Shown: positions 19,122-27,424 of the stretch, piece by piece
Layout of the letters: each line of letters starts with the position of its first letter
How positions within the stretch are numbered: the stretch's first letter is position 1
Source of the DNA: a virus
Taxonomy: Duplodnaviria; Caudoviricetes
Virus record (IMG/VR): IMGVR_UViG_3300027653_000015
Coordinates: 1-50,583 of that record
Reading direction: 5' to 3' (one strand)
Length of the DNA: 50,583 nucleotides
Notes under the pieces: model-generated
Told to the model about the DNA's origin: nothing
Seen by the model: the letters and a program-made list of their open reading frames with translations, nothing else
The model's database searches: none
Position numbers and translations under genes: made by a program

Positions 19122-20312
19122 ATGAGCAAGATCAGCAAAGCGCACTACTCGAACATGGTGCTCCACCGAAAGTGTCCACAGGCCTGGGTCTACAGGTACG
19201 TGCGGAACCTGGAGAAGATAGAACGGGAGATCGCACCCGCGCTGGACTTCGGAAACTGGTGGCACGCGCTACGGGCAGCAGACGCGCTAGAGCGGGGACG
19301 GGAGCACCAATCGATCCGGAGCGTTCCGAAGAAAATTACGACCACGGATCGGGGACCGGTGTTTGATGGAAAAACCGTAACCGCGCAGGAGGTTCTAGAT
19401 GCCTCGGAGAAGTGGTGGAACCGCCTCCAGCACGAGGTGCAGGAGGAGTGGCTAGGGTTCTTAGGGCAGAACCTCCCGGACCGTCTGGCAGGCGCTTACG
19501 TGCGTTGGACGACGTACTGGCAGATCGAGCGGGAAGAAGAACATCCGCTAGCGGTGGAGATGTACTGGCAGCGGAACATTAAAACCCCGTCGGGAAACTC
19601 GGTACGTCTCTACGGCTTCATTGATGAAGTTTTCTATAACGAGCGGCGCAACCTGGTCGTGGTGAGAGACGCGAAAACCGCGAGCAACCTCGGGCAGGTT
19701 TCTAGCCTCGATGACATGATGGATAGTCAACTCCAACTCTATGCCTGGGGAGCGGCGCCCATGATCGAGAAATGGGGACTCGGGAAAGTGCGGGCGGTCG
19801 GCTATGACCGGGTACGCTCTAAGGCCCCGAAGACCCCGGAACTGACTCTCACTGGATCACTCAAGAAGTCGATAACCGATTTCGACTGGATGACCTATGA
19901 ACAATGGGCAAAAGGTCCGGACGGTCTGGGAGTGATGTGGGGCAAGGAGGGTGAGGTCTACGCCTCGGGGAAGAAAAAAGGCGAACCGAAGTGGGGGCGC
20001 TACCTTCCGGAAGGTCAGGTGATTGCGGAACTACAAACTGACATAAAACAGTCGATCTGGTTCCGGAGAACTTTGACCCCGATTAACATGAACCTGGTAC
20101 GGGTCCACCTCCAGTCAGTGCTGGATACGGTGGACGCGCAAGAGAAAACGATGGAGCGCTTTGAGAAGTCTGGAGACGCCCCTCGAAACTTGGCATCGAG
20201 TAATTGCAAGTGGTGCGATTACGCGAGCCTATGTCGGGCAGAAATGTTCGGCGGCGCAGGCGGTTCCTACGACCTGGCCGAGCACAACCTGAGAGAACGT
20301 CCAAACTCATGA
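19122..20312 (+). CDS. PD-(D/E)XK RecB/Cas4-like exonuclease
   Basis: HYS...KCP, GFIDEV...VRDAKT, QLQLY and CKWCDYASLC motifs. ATG 19122 follows GGAAGG. Confidence 0.85.
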   Translation: MSKISKAHYSNMVLHRKCPQAWVYRYVRNLEKIEREIAPALDFGNWWHALRAADALERGREHQSIRSVPKKITTTDRGPVFDGKTVTAQEVLDASEKWWNRLQHEVQEEWLGFLGQNLPDRLAGAYVRWTTYWQIEREEEHPLAVEMYWQRNIKTPSGNSVRLYGFIDEVFYNERRNLVVVRDAKTASNLGQVSSLDDMMDSQLQLYAWGAAPMIEKWGLGKVRAVGYDRVRSKAPKTPELTLTGSLKKSITDFDWMTYEQWAKGPDGLGVMWGKEGEVYASGKKKGEPKWGRYLPEGQVIAELQTDIKQSIWFRRTLTPINMNLVRVHLQSVLDTVDAQEKTMERFEKSGDAPRNLASSNCKWCDYASLCRAEMFGGAGGSYDLAEHNLRERPNS

Positions 20313-20332
20313 TGTGGTATAATTTGGACACA
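20313..20332 (+). promoter_or_regulatory. TGTG-N12-CACA promoter/operator, copy 3
   Basis: TGTGg TATAAT ttgga CACA. Confidence 0.8.
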
Positions 20333-20360
20333 ATAAAACTACAACGGAAGGAACCTCAGC

Positions 20361-21218
20361 ATGGCTAGTTTTGCTGGCCTGGAGTTGAGAACTCCAGCGC
20401 AAGATCGGGGGAGGTGGCTACTGCATGGACCGCAGGGATCGGGGAAAACGACCCTAGCGGCGACGATTGCAGAAGTCGGACCGACCCTTTTCATTGACCT
20501 GATTGGCGAACGCGGAACCCGCGTAATCAAGGGATCTCCTTACGAGAAAAACATTAAGGTAATTCGACCTACGTCGGTGACGCAGTTTGACGATATTTTC
20601 TGGGAACTGGACAAGGGCGAACACGAGTTTGAGGCGGTAATCCTGGACTCGCTGACCGCGCTCCAGAAGATGACGATGCGCTATCTGATGGGGCATGACG
20701 AAACCGCAGTGAAAGAAATCCGGCAAGGCGTGGCTCCAGCACAGATCCAGACCTGGGGACAGGCGCTGGACATTATGACCGACACCGCTACGTTCTGGAA
20801 CGGTCTTGCGGATGAAGATCACCCGAAGCCGATGCATGTAGTGATGATCAGCCAGACGCGGGAAGAACAGAACGCTGAACTCGGGATATTTTCTCGGGAC
20901 GTGGACGTGCAGCGCGGAGCGCGTGGAATCATGAAAGCCGCTCCGGACTATATTCTGTTTACCGACGTGGAAGAAGATCTGGAAGCCGATAACGAGGACG
21001 GTCCAGTTTTCAAGCACATCGTGCGATTCGGGGTGGATCCGGAATACCGAACTAAGGCCCGGATCCCGCAAAACCTGAGGGGCAAACTCCCCTCGATCAT
21101 AGGAAGGAAGCAGGCACCAAACCTAGTAACTCTCAGCAGGATTCTAGGCATCGGCGGTATCCCGGCTCGAAGGAAGCCAGCCGCTAAGAACACATCAACC
21201 GCTAAGAAAGGCGAATAA
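20361..21218 (+). CDS. AAA ATPase, Sak4-like recombination protein
   Basis: GPQGSGKT and VILDSLT motifs; lies between the exonuclease and the SSB. Confidence 0.8.
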   Translation: MASFAGLELRTPAQDRGRWLLHGPQGSGKTTLAATIAEVGPTLFIDLIGERGTRVIKGSPYEKNIKVIRPTSVTQFDDIFWELDKGEHEFEAVILDSLTALQKMTMRYLMGHDETAVKEIRQGVAPAQIQTWGQALDIMTDTATFWNGLADEDHPKPMHVVMISQTREEQNAELGIFSRDVDVQRGARGIMKAAPDYILFTDVEEDLEADNEDGPVFKHIVRFGVDPEYRTKARIPQNLRGKLPSIIGRKQAPNLVTLSRILGIGGIPARRKPAAKNTSTAKKGE

Positions 21219-21223
21219 AGAAA

Positions 21224-21841
21224 ATGGCTAATCAGACCGAGTTCGTGGCAGACCTCACCAACTACAAAGACCGCGTGGGCGCTCGGATTCCTGAGGGTGA
21301 GTACACCTTCCGCGTGGACGATGCCGAACTTACCAAAGCCCGGTCGGGTAACCAGATGATCGTGTTGTCGTTGGAGGTCTTAAACGGACCGGAAGCAGGG
21401 GAGACGGTTATCGATCGGTTGACACTTTCCCCCGCAGCGATGTTCCGGGTAGTGAACTTCTTGAAGGCGCTGGGGATTCCTACGCCGAAGAAGCGCTTGA
21501 AACTAGATACAAAGCGGTTCATTAACCGCCGCATCAAGGCCGAAGTAGCGGACGGCGAACCGTACCGCAACACGGTCAAGTCGGAGGTAGTTTCCTACTC
21601 CCGCGCAGAGTCGGCTAAAGACGATGGAGCGGACGAATTGGAGGACCTGGAGGATCTGACGGACGACACCATCGAGGACCTGGAGGACGTCGAGGACGCT
21701 GAAGAAGTAGAAGAGGCCCCGAAGGCGAAGAAAAAGTCCAAGAAAAAGTCGGCACCGGAACCTGTAGAGGACGACGAGGACGACGACCTCGAAGATGACG
21801 ATGACGACGACGAGATTGATCTGGACGACCTGACCGTCTAA
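21224..21841 (+). CDS. DUF669-like single-stranded DNA-binding protein
   Basis: IPEGEY...SGNQMI motif and a very acidic C-terminal tail. Confidence 0.75.
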   Translation: MANQTEFVADLTNYKDRVGARIPEGEYTFRVDDAELTKARSGNQMIVLSLEVLNGPEAGETVIDRLTLSPAAMFRVVNFLKALGIPTPKKRLKLDTKRFINRRIKAEVADGEPYRNTVKSEVVSYSRAESAKDDGADELEDLEDLTDDTIEDLEDVEDAEEVEEAPKAKKKSKKKSAPEPVEDDEDDDLEDDDDDDEIDLDDLTV

Positions 21842-21843
21842 GA

Positions 21844-21913
21844 TCAGTAGTGCGTGTTTCTCCATGAGCGGACGAGACAACCAGCACCGCTAACGGCTGG
21901 CCGCACTACATGA
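21844..21913 (+). ncRNA. candidate structured RNA (three-way junction)
   Basis: GTAGTGCG (21847-54) pairs with CGCACTAC (21902-09), enclosing two hairpins. Folded by eye only. Confidence 0.35.
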
Positions 21914-21955
21914 CCCCGGGGAGTTTCCGGTTCCTTCCGACTCCCCGGGGTTTCT
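21913..21955 (+). terminator. terminator hairpin with anti-RBS loop
   Basis: 12-bp perfect stem ACCCCGGGGAGT/ACTCCCCGGGGT, loop TTCCGGTTCCTTCCG, followed by TTCT. Confidence 0.7.
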
Positions 21956-21979
21956 CCATGTCTGGGATACACTCCCCGC

Positions 21980-22315
21980 ATGGCCCCTACGAATGAAGCC
22001 GGAGTTATCCGGGCGATTACGAAAGCAATAAAAACCAACTACCCCAAGGCGTGGATCTTCAAAACGCATGGTGGCGGGATGCAGACGGCGGGGATACCTG
22101 ATCTCCTGGTAGTCATCGAGGGGCGCATGATCGCCCTGGAGGCGAAGCATCAACGCCCCGGCGCTACTCGGGAAGGGACGATGGCCCGGGTTACCCGGCT
22201 CCAGCAGTTTCACCTAGACGCCCTCAAAGAGGCGGGCGCAGTGGCGGAGGTAGTGGTGAGTGCGGAGGAGGCTCTCGCGGCTATTGAGGCGACGGGTTTA
22301 CATCTGACTAAATAG
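21980..22315 (+). CDS. VRR-NUC / Holliday junction resolvase-like nuclease
   Basis: E, KTHGG, GIPDL, LEAK and LQ motifs; TACACT -10 ends 6 nt before ATG (leaderless). Confidence 0.8.
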   Translation: MAPTNEAGVIRAITKAIKTNYPKAWIFKTHGGGMQTAGIPDLLVVIEGRMIALEAKHQRPGATREGTMARVTRLQQFHLDALKEAGAVAEVVVSAEEALAAIEATGLHLTK

Positions 22316-22335
22316 TGTGTTACAGTAACAACACA
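22316..22335 (+). promoter_or_regulatory. TGTG-N12-CACA promoter/operator, copy 4
   Basis: TGTGt TACAGT aacaa CACA; TTTACA -35-like element at 22297. Confidence 0.75.
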
Positions 22336-22353
22336 TTCAAGGGAAGGAACCCC

Positions 22354-22665
22354 ATGACATTGTTAAAGAGAACGGCGTCAGACCGTTTGGCAGAGATGGC
22401 CGGAGACAGGATCTGGCCCCTAGTTTTCAGGTACGGAACTCACTCCGACCCGGTTAAGCGGGCGCTTAGGGCGTGGGGCGCTATCTGGAAAGGGATTCAC
22501 GAAAGTGACGAAGTATTACATTCGACAGCATCCGCTATTGAAGTTCTTCCAGGTATGGCAACTGAGCCCGGGGGAGAACCCGAAATGGGTAACTCCACCG
22601 CAGAAGACCTGGAGGGAAGCGGTTCAGTTGATCCAATTCTTGAAACGGAAGGAACAGAAAATTGA
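22354..22665 (+). CDS. hypothetical protein
   Basis: ATG after GGAAGGAACC; its 3' half overlaps an alternative ORF at 22505-22690. Confidence 0.5.
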   Translation: MTLLKRTASDRLAEMAGDRIWPLVFRYGTHSDPVKRALRAWGAIWKGIHESDEVLHSTASAIEVLPGMATEPGGEPEMGNSTAEDLEGSGSVDPILETEGTEN

Positions 22666-22973
22666 GTACGATCAGGCACAACCTCTATAGCCAAACCGGC
22701 TGCATCGGTTGTAAGAGTTGCGAAGGTGGCGGAGCCGCTATTGGGCGGGCGTTCATCATCGGAACCATAATTCTCATGACGGGCGGGTTTGGATTATTCA
22801 TCTTCCCGTTTTATAAGAAGTGCATGTTCTGCCGTCACAACACTTGGCTGAACGCGCATCAACCCCAACCAGAATCCCCGGCGCAACAGCCCGCGACTCT
22901 CGCGGCTCCCGGGTATTGGGGAACCCCCGCACCCTGGCCGACAGATCCGCGATATACGCAGGACTCCAGGTAA
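22662..22973 (+). CDS. membrane protein with paired CxxC motifs
   Basis: CKSC, a hydrophobic segment, CMFC, then a Pro-rich tail; RBS GGAAGGA. Confidence 0.65.
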   Translation: MSTIRHNLYSQTGCIGCKSCEGGGAAIGRAFIIGTIILMTGGFGLFIFPFYKKCMFCRHNTWLNAHQPQPESPAQQPATLAAPGYWGTPAPWPTDPRYTQDSR

Positions 22974-23011
22974 CGGGTTAAGTAAGAGAAACACGCGAAG
23001 GAAAAGGAACC

Positions 23012-23908
23012 ATGAAAAAATCAACAATTCTGGCTGGCCTGAGCGCATTGGCGCTCGTGCTGGCCCCGGCAGTAGCCAGCGCGGGTGGCTCCGATGCCCC
23101 CACTCCCTACACGGTCACCGAGGCCGGGATTACTCTCCCCGATGGGGACACTTTCCCCGCTAGTGGGCACGTGAACATTGATATCGACGGGGAGAGGTAC
23201 CGTATCCACTTCGATCCGAATAATGATCAACCCGGAGGCAAGTGGATCGGCAAATCATCGATCCCCTGGAGCGCTTTCGGAGTAGATTCCGGTTGCGTTG
23301 AGTGGGTGCAGATTCATGGCTATAACGAGCACTTTGGCGAGGGCGGCCAAGACCCGGTTTGTTTCGGCGATGCTGAGCCTACGCCCGACCCCTCGATCTC
23401 ACAGACTCACGACGTGCAGTGCGATGCGATAAGCATCACGCCGACACTGAACGACGGCGAGGGTGAGGGCACCTACGAAATCAAGGCGCAGTACTACGAC
23501 TCGGAAACGATCACGAAGACCGGCGAGAAAGTTTTCACCGGCGCAGTGACCTGGGGCGAAGAGATAAAGATCGATCTCGATCCCGCCGCTGACGATTACT
23601 TGCTTTGGTCGTACCGCTTCGACACTTCGGTGGACGGTAAGGGCATCACGAATTACGGCGAGCGCCAACTCGACTGCCGCGTGGAAGATCCGACTGAACC
23701 CGAAGAACCGAGTGAACCGGAACCAGAAGAACCGGGAGACCCGGAAACTCCCCCGGTAGAAGATCCGGAACCGACCTCACCAGAAACTCCAGAGGGCCCT
23801 CAGACGCCCGATAAGGGTGACCCCGGGGTAACTACACCCCCGGCGCCTAATAGCCCGCCAGAGGACGCTCCCGCACCCGTCCAGGGTGAGCCGCGCACCG
23901 CTGGCTAA
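23012..23908 (+). CDS. secreted/cell-surface-like protein
   Basis: Signal peptide (MKKST...AVASA), a globular domain and a Pro/Glu-rich stalk. Confidence 0.75.
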   Translation: MKKSTILAGLSALALVLAPAVASAGGSDAPTPYTVTEAGITLPDGDTFPASGHVNIDIDGERYRIHFDPNNDQPGGKWIGKSSIPWSAFGVDSGCVEWVQIHGYNEHFGEGGQDPVCFGDAEPTPDPSISQTHDVQCDAISITPTLNDGEGEGTYEIKAQYYDSETITKTGEKVFTGAVTWGEEIKIDLDPAADDYLLWSYRFDTSVDGKGITNYGERQLDCRVEDPTEPEEPSEPEPEEPGDPETPPVEDPEPTSPETPEGPQTPDKGDPGVTTPPAPNSPPEDAPAPVQGEPRTAG

Positions 23909-23927
23909 GGCTAGAATCTAGGTGACT

Positions 23928-23977
23928 AAGAAACCGACTCTCCTACCTCACAACTCTCGGGGGAGTCGGTTTCTTTT
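23928..23977 (+). terminator. intrinsic terminator with long pyrimidine loop
   Basis: AAGAAACCGACTCTCC / GGGGAGTCGGTTTCTT followed by TT. Confidence 0.75.
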
Positions 23978-23987
23978 GTTCCCATTA

Positions 23988-24007
23988 TGTGGTATACTTG
24001 CGACACA
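23988..24007 (+). promoter_or_regulatory. TGTG-N12-CACA promoter/operator, copy 5
   Basis: TGTGg TATACT tgcga CACA. Confidence 0.8.
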
Positions 24008-24026
24008 GATTAGCGAAGGAACCGAT

Positions 24027-24311
24027 ATGAAAACATTTCACGGTGCTTGCGGAAAGCACTGGTGGCAGGCGGGGGAGCGTACCTCCCATTGCAGCGGATG
24101 CCATCACACGTTTATTAGTCTCGCGATATTCGACGCCCATCGGCGCGGAGGGAAATGCACACCTCCGGAAGAAGTTGACTATCAGGGCGGCCCGCTGGAG
24201 ACATTCCTAGATAAAACCGGTGCGCTTATTTGGTATTCCCCCAGCGCGCGCGAAGCAGCGCGGAAGCGCTTTAGGGGTTCCGAACTCCCCGCCGAAGGGA
24301 GATCGGAATAA
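24027..24311 (+). CDS. FDxHR-motif zinc-binding protein
   Basis: HCSGCHHTF...FDAHR...C. Confidence 0.65.
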   Translation: MKTFHGACGKHWWQAGERTSHCSGCHHTFISLAIFDAHRRGGKCTPPEEVDYQGGPLETFLDKTGALIWYSPSAREAARKRFRGSELPAEGRSE

Positions 24312-24430
24312 TGACCTGGCCCCAAGCGCTGGTAGCGATTACGTTCATGGTTTGCGTGACCCTCGTGGTGCTGATAGGTATCGCGGCCTCGATGGGCAAA
24401 GCCCGGAAAAGAGATCGGAAAGATGACTAA
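24311..24430 (+). CDS. small membrane protein (39 aa, absent from ORF track)
   Basis: TAATG coupling; MTWPQALVAITFMVCVTLVVLIGIAASMGKARKRDRKDD. Confidence 0.55.
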   Translation: MTWPQALVAITFMVCVTLVVLIGIAASMGKARKRDRKDD

Positions 24431-24674
24431 CCCAATCCCCCAGGCCGCTATCGAAGCGGCTGCAGAAGGAATCTACGAAAGAGCGTTTAGGCAAGAGTTG
24501 CCAGAAGCGCCGATTGACCTCGCACGCGCCGCCTTGGAAGCCGCGATACCCGAGATACGCAAGCAGATCGCCAGCGAGATACGCGCTAATGAGGGTGACT
24601 GGATACCTCACATGTACTACACCGAGGGGCGAGAAGATGCCGCCCGTATCGCCGAGAAAGGAACAGAGAAATGA
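24423..24674 (+). CDS. hypothetical protein
   Basis: AAIEAAA...ARAALEAA phage-type helical motif; overlapping start and stop. Confidence 0.6.
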   Translation: MTNPIPQAAIEAAAEGIYERAFRQELPEAPIDLARAALEAAIPEIRKQIASEIRANEGDWIPHMYYTEGREDAARIAEKGTEK

Positions 24675-24859
24675 ACCTAGAAGAAGTCGCAATCGAGTAT
24701 GCGGAATGCCCTACCTGCGACATGAAGCCCGGTGACACTTGCATCACTAATCGAGGCACGTTTGCCACTTACACCCACGCGCCACGCCTTGACGTAGTTT
24801 CCGGGCCGTACTGGCGCGGGTACGAAGCGGGAGAACGCGATTCGGAGGCATCGAAATGA
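24671..24859 (+). CDS. zinc-finger protein
   Basis: CPTC..PG..C...H..R; ATGA overlap. Confidence 0.6.
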   Translation: MNLEEVAIEYAECPTCDMKPGDTCITNRGTFATYTHAPRLDVVSGPYWRGYEAGERDSEASK

Positions 24860-25299
24860 CTCTCGATGATCTCCGCAAGATCGCGGAAGCAGCCACACCC
24901 GGCGAATGGGTTGCGTTTGGAACTGACGTTGGACACGTCACCGATAAGTGTAATTGCGGGCCGATGGGCATCCCAGGGCATGAGGCGTATTGCGGCATCG
25001 AAGGCCCCATCGCTCAAGCAGGCGAAGCCGACGCCGAGTTTATTGCGACGTTCAACCCGCAGCGGGTACTCGAACTGTTGGCCCGCCTCGCAGAGCATGA
25101 GCAGGCTGTCGAAAATATGAGTACTAAGACTGACGATCTACTCAGCAAACTCGCTGCCGTTGAAAAACTGCACACCCCTGACGAGGGGCACAACCCTGAA
25201 TGTCATTGCGGCATACCGCCAAACGATGGGCGTGACTGCAAAGTGTGCCAAGCAGACGCGTGGCCCTGCGAAACGATCAAGGCGGCTCGCGGGAAATGA
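24856..25299 (+). CDS. Ead/Ea22-like protein
   Basis: LRKIAEAATPGEW...DAEFIATFNP.VLELL; C-terminal C..C...WPC.T. Confidence 0.65.
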   Translation: MTLDDLRKIAEAATPGEWVAFGTDVGHVTDKCNCGPMGIPGHEAYCGIEGPIAQAGEADAEFIATFNPQRVLELLARLAEHEQAVENMSTKTDDLLSKLAAVEKLHTPDEGHNPECHCGIPPNDGRDCKVCQADAWPCETIKAARGK

Positions 25300-25366
25300 G
25301 ACTACTAGGAGTAGCCGTCGGCCTTTCGATGGCCCCGTTAATCCTATCCGCAAAAGGAGCCCCGAA

Positions 25367-25636
25367 ATGATCTGGACGATTGCGCAAGTGTTAATCGGCG
25401 CAGCGCTCGCTTATCTGGGATTTATTTTTATCTACGAGTTCCTAACTACCCGCCTACGGAATTGGAGTGATGAAGGATCTCGGGCCTACATCTACTGCCA
25501 GCAAAGCGAGACGGAATACGTCTACCGCAAGACATGGGGACAGTGGTTCCCGGAACTTCCAGAGGCGTGCGGTTTCTGCGAAAACTGGATGGAAAAACGA
25601 GTACAGAGAGATCGGAAGGAAGTGCACGGTGAGTGA
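25367..25636 (+). CDS. membrane protein
   Basis: AAGGAG RBS; N-terminal TM segment; CGFC. Confidence 0.55.
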   Translation: MIWTIAQVLIGAALAYLGFIFIYEFLTTRLRNWSDEGSRAYIYCQQSETEYVYRKTWGQWFPELPEACGFCENWMEKRVQRDRKEVHGE

Positions 25637-25874
25637 GCCAATCGAGTACGTAGACGGCTTAGGGCGCACCTGGTGGCAGCCACAAAGCAACACTGGGGAA
25701 GCGCTATGGGTGATCCGTTCCTATTACGAGACATGGAGGTACTTCTGCCCTCACTTCGGCAAACCAAAGGGTTACCGGTCGAAAAAACGCGCGGAGCGAG
25801 TCGGTCGGAGACGTTCAAAATATCTCGCCCGCACTGCCCCCACTCGAATAGAACGGGAGCAAACCGATGACTGA
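25629..25874 (+). CDS. hypothetical protein
   Basis: GTG after GGAAGGAAG; overlaps both neighbours. Confidence 0.5.
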   Translation: MSEPIEYVDGLGRTWWQPQSNTGEALWVIRSYYETWRYFCPHFGKPKGYRSKKRAERVGRRRSKYLARTAPTRIEREQTDD

Positions 25875-26262
25875 CATTGTTGAACAAGCCGCGCGAGTGG
25901 CCTACGAGACCTACCACAAGGCCGGGGAGTTTCGCCCCTACGAAATCGCCCAAGCCCTCGCCGATGCCGGGCTACTCGCTGAGCCTGTCCGCACGGTGCC
26001 GACCAGGGAAGAAATCGCGCGGATAACCCATCAGCAAACTTGCGAAAGATGCGAAGACCCCCAAGAGCGTTACGACTACCGCCCCTCAGACCTTTACGCC
26101 GCCGACGCGGTACGAGCGCTCCTAGCCGGGCAACCCACCGTCGCAGAAGTGAAAGCGCAGGCGCTCGAAGAAGCGGCCGACTACTGGGAAAACGAAACCC
26201 ACCAAAAAATCGTACCCACCTGGCTGAGAGAACGCGCCCAGCAAATCAGGAGCGAAAAATGA
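25867..26262 (+). CDS. hypothetical protein
   Basis: 131 aa; AEVKAQALEEAA motif. Confidence 0.6.
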   Translation: MTDIVEQAARVAYETYHKAGEFRPYEIAQALADAGLLAEPVRTVPTREEIARITHQQTCERCEDPQERYDYRPSDLYAADAVRALLAGQPTVAEVKAQALEEAADYWENETHQKIVPTWLRERAQQIRSEK

Positions 26263-26489
26263 GCGACTACACGCCCAGCATCACTCAAGTTCGCAATGCT
26301 TACGTCAATTCTCGAAACGTAGCCTTTCACTATCGGATAGATCCGGAAGGGCGGATCTCCGGCCCCGCAAAGGAGTTTGAACGCTGGCTAGCCGAAGTGA
26401 AAGCCGAAGCGTGGGAAGAGGCGCTGAGCGAGGCGGCGGAGCAGGGCACGATCCAGATCCCCGATAACCCCTACCGGGAGGAAAAATGA
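26259..26489 (+). CDS. hypothetical protein (MSDYTP family, copy 1)
   Basis: ATGA overlap; FERWLAEVKAEAWEE...NPY. Confidence 0.6.
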   Translation: MSDYTPSITQVRNAYVNSRNVAFHYRIDPEGRISGPAKEFERWLAEVKAEAWEEALSEAAEQGTIQIPDNPYREEK

Positions 26490-26773
26490 GCGACTACACA
26501 CCGGAGGCTCAAGAAGTGGCGGGGACCTACGTCCACCAGCGCGCGCAGGCAGGCGTCCCGGACGCTCAAGCGTTCGAGGAGTTTAACCGCTGGTTGAACA
26601 TAGTGAAAGCAATGGCGCTAGAGAAGTTCGCTGAGTCAGTGACGAACGAATTAAGGGAAACCGAGAAGGCAGGGATCAAGATGAATCCCCACTACCTGCA
26701 CGGGATGTTTTCTGCAATGGAGCAAGCGGGATACATGGCTCGGGCTTTGCGTCGGGAGGCAGGGGATGACTGA
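26486..26773 (+). CDS. hypothetical protein (MSDYTP family, copy 2)
   Basis: ATGA overlap; FNRWLNIVKA. Confidence 0.6.
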   Translation: MSDYTPEAQEVAGTYVHQRAQAGVPDAQAFEEFNRWLNIVKAMALEKFAESVTNELRETEKAGIKMNPHYLHGMFSAMEQAGYMARALRREAGDD

Positions 26774-27035
26774 TTATGACCGGATCCACGTCTCGTGGGA
26801 TCGCGGGGAACGGCTCCCCCAGGTTGTTCAATATAAGTGCGACGTTTGCCGACACTGGATTACGGTAGGGGAGATCCCTCCAGGAGGCGGGGGCGGAGGG
26901 GTATCCATCCCACTTAGCAGGTGCCACCCTCGCGGGCATCCTTGCCGCTGGTGGACGCGCCTCGGGCCGGTGACTGAGGTGCTACTCAAGATCCGGAAAA
27001 GGAAGATCCAGTACCGATCTAAAAACCGGACGTGA
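26766..27035 (+). CDS. hypothetical protein
   Basis: Overlapping start with GGAGG RBS; CDVC. Confidence 0.45.
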   Translation: MTDYDRIHVSWDRGERLPQVVQYKCDVCRHWITVGEIPPGGGGGGVSIPLSRCHPRGHPCRWWTRLGPVTEVLLKIRKRKIQYRSKNRT

Positions 27036-27070
27036 TACAATAGGGTTACGATTAGCAGGAAGGAACCATA

Positions 27071-27424
27071 ATGAGTCGGGTGCGGAAATTGTCCCCGTTA
27101 GCGCAGTTCACCCAGCGGGCACTGGATCCCTGGGACGGCAGATTTTCTGGCAAAACCCTCGCCACCTCGGAGAAGATCTGGGACACGGATCGGGTGCGGT
27201 ACCGGGGCAAAGAGGACGGAGTGTTTACGTTCCAAGTCCAGGGCAACCGGGACCGCCCCTACCTCGTGGAGATCACGAAGTGGGGCACTGAGTTTTTCAT
27301 GCATTGCACTTGCCCGAATGGCCGGAGGCTCGGGCCGCGCGGGGAGTGCTACCACCTGGCGGCAGTGTGTCAGAGGATCACCCAGCAGGCTAAATCCTAT
27401 TTAGGTAAGAAAGCAGGAAAGTAA
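27071..27424 (+). CDS. SWIM zinc-finger protein
   Basis: VQG...Y.V...CTCP...CYHLAAV. Confidence 0.7.
   Translation: MSRVRKLSPLAQFTQRALDPWDGRFSGKTLATSEKIWDTDRVRYRGKEDGVFTFQVQGNRDRPYLVEITKWGTEFFMHCTCPNGRRLGPRGECYHLAAVCQRITQQAKSYLGKKAGK

Noticed and set aside
19122-20312. Cas4-like nuclease as evidence of CRISPR-Cas
   Set aside because: It sits in a standard exonuclease-Sak4-SSB recombination module with no array.
21861-21879. CATGAG...CGAGAC as a hammerhead ribozyme core
   Set aside because: It deviates from CUGANGA/GAAA at essential positions; kept only as a generic structured RNA candidate.
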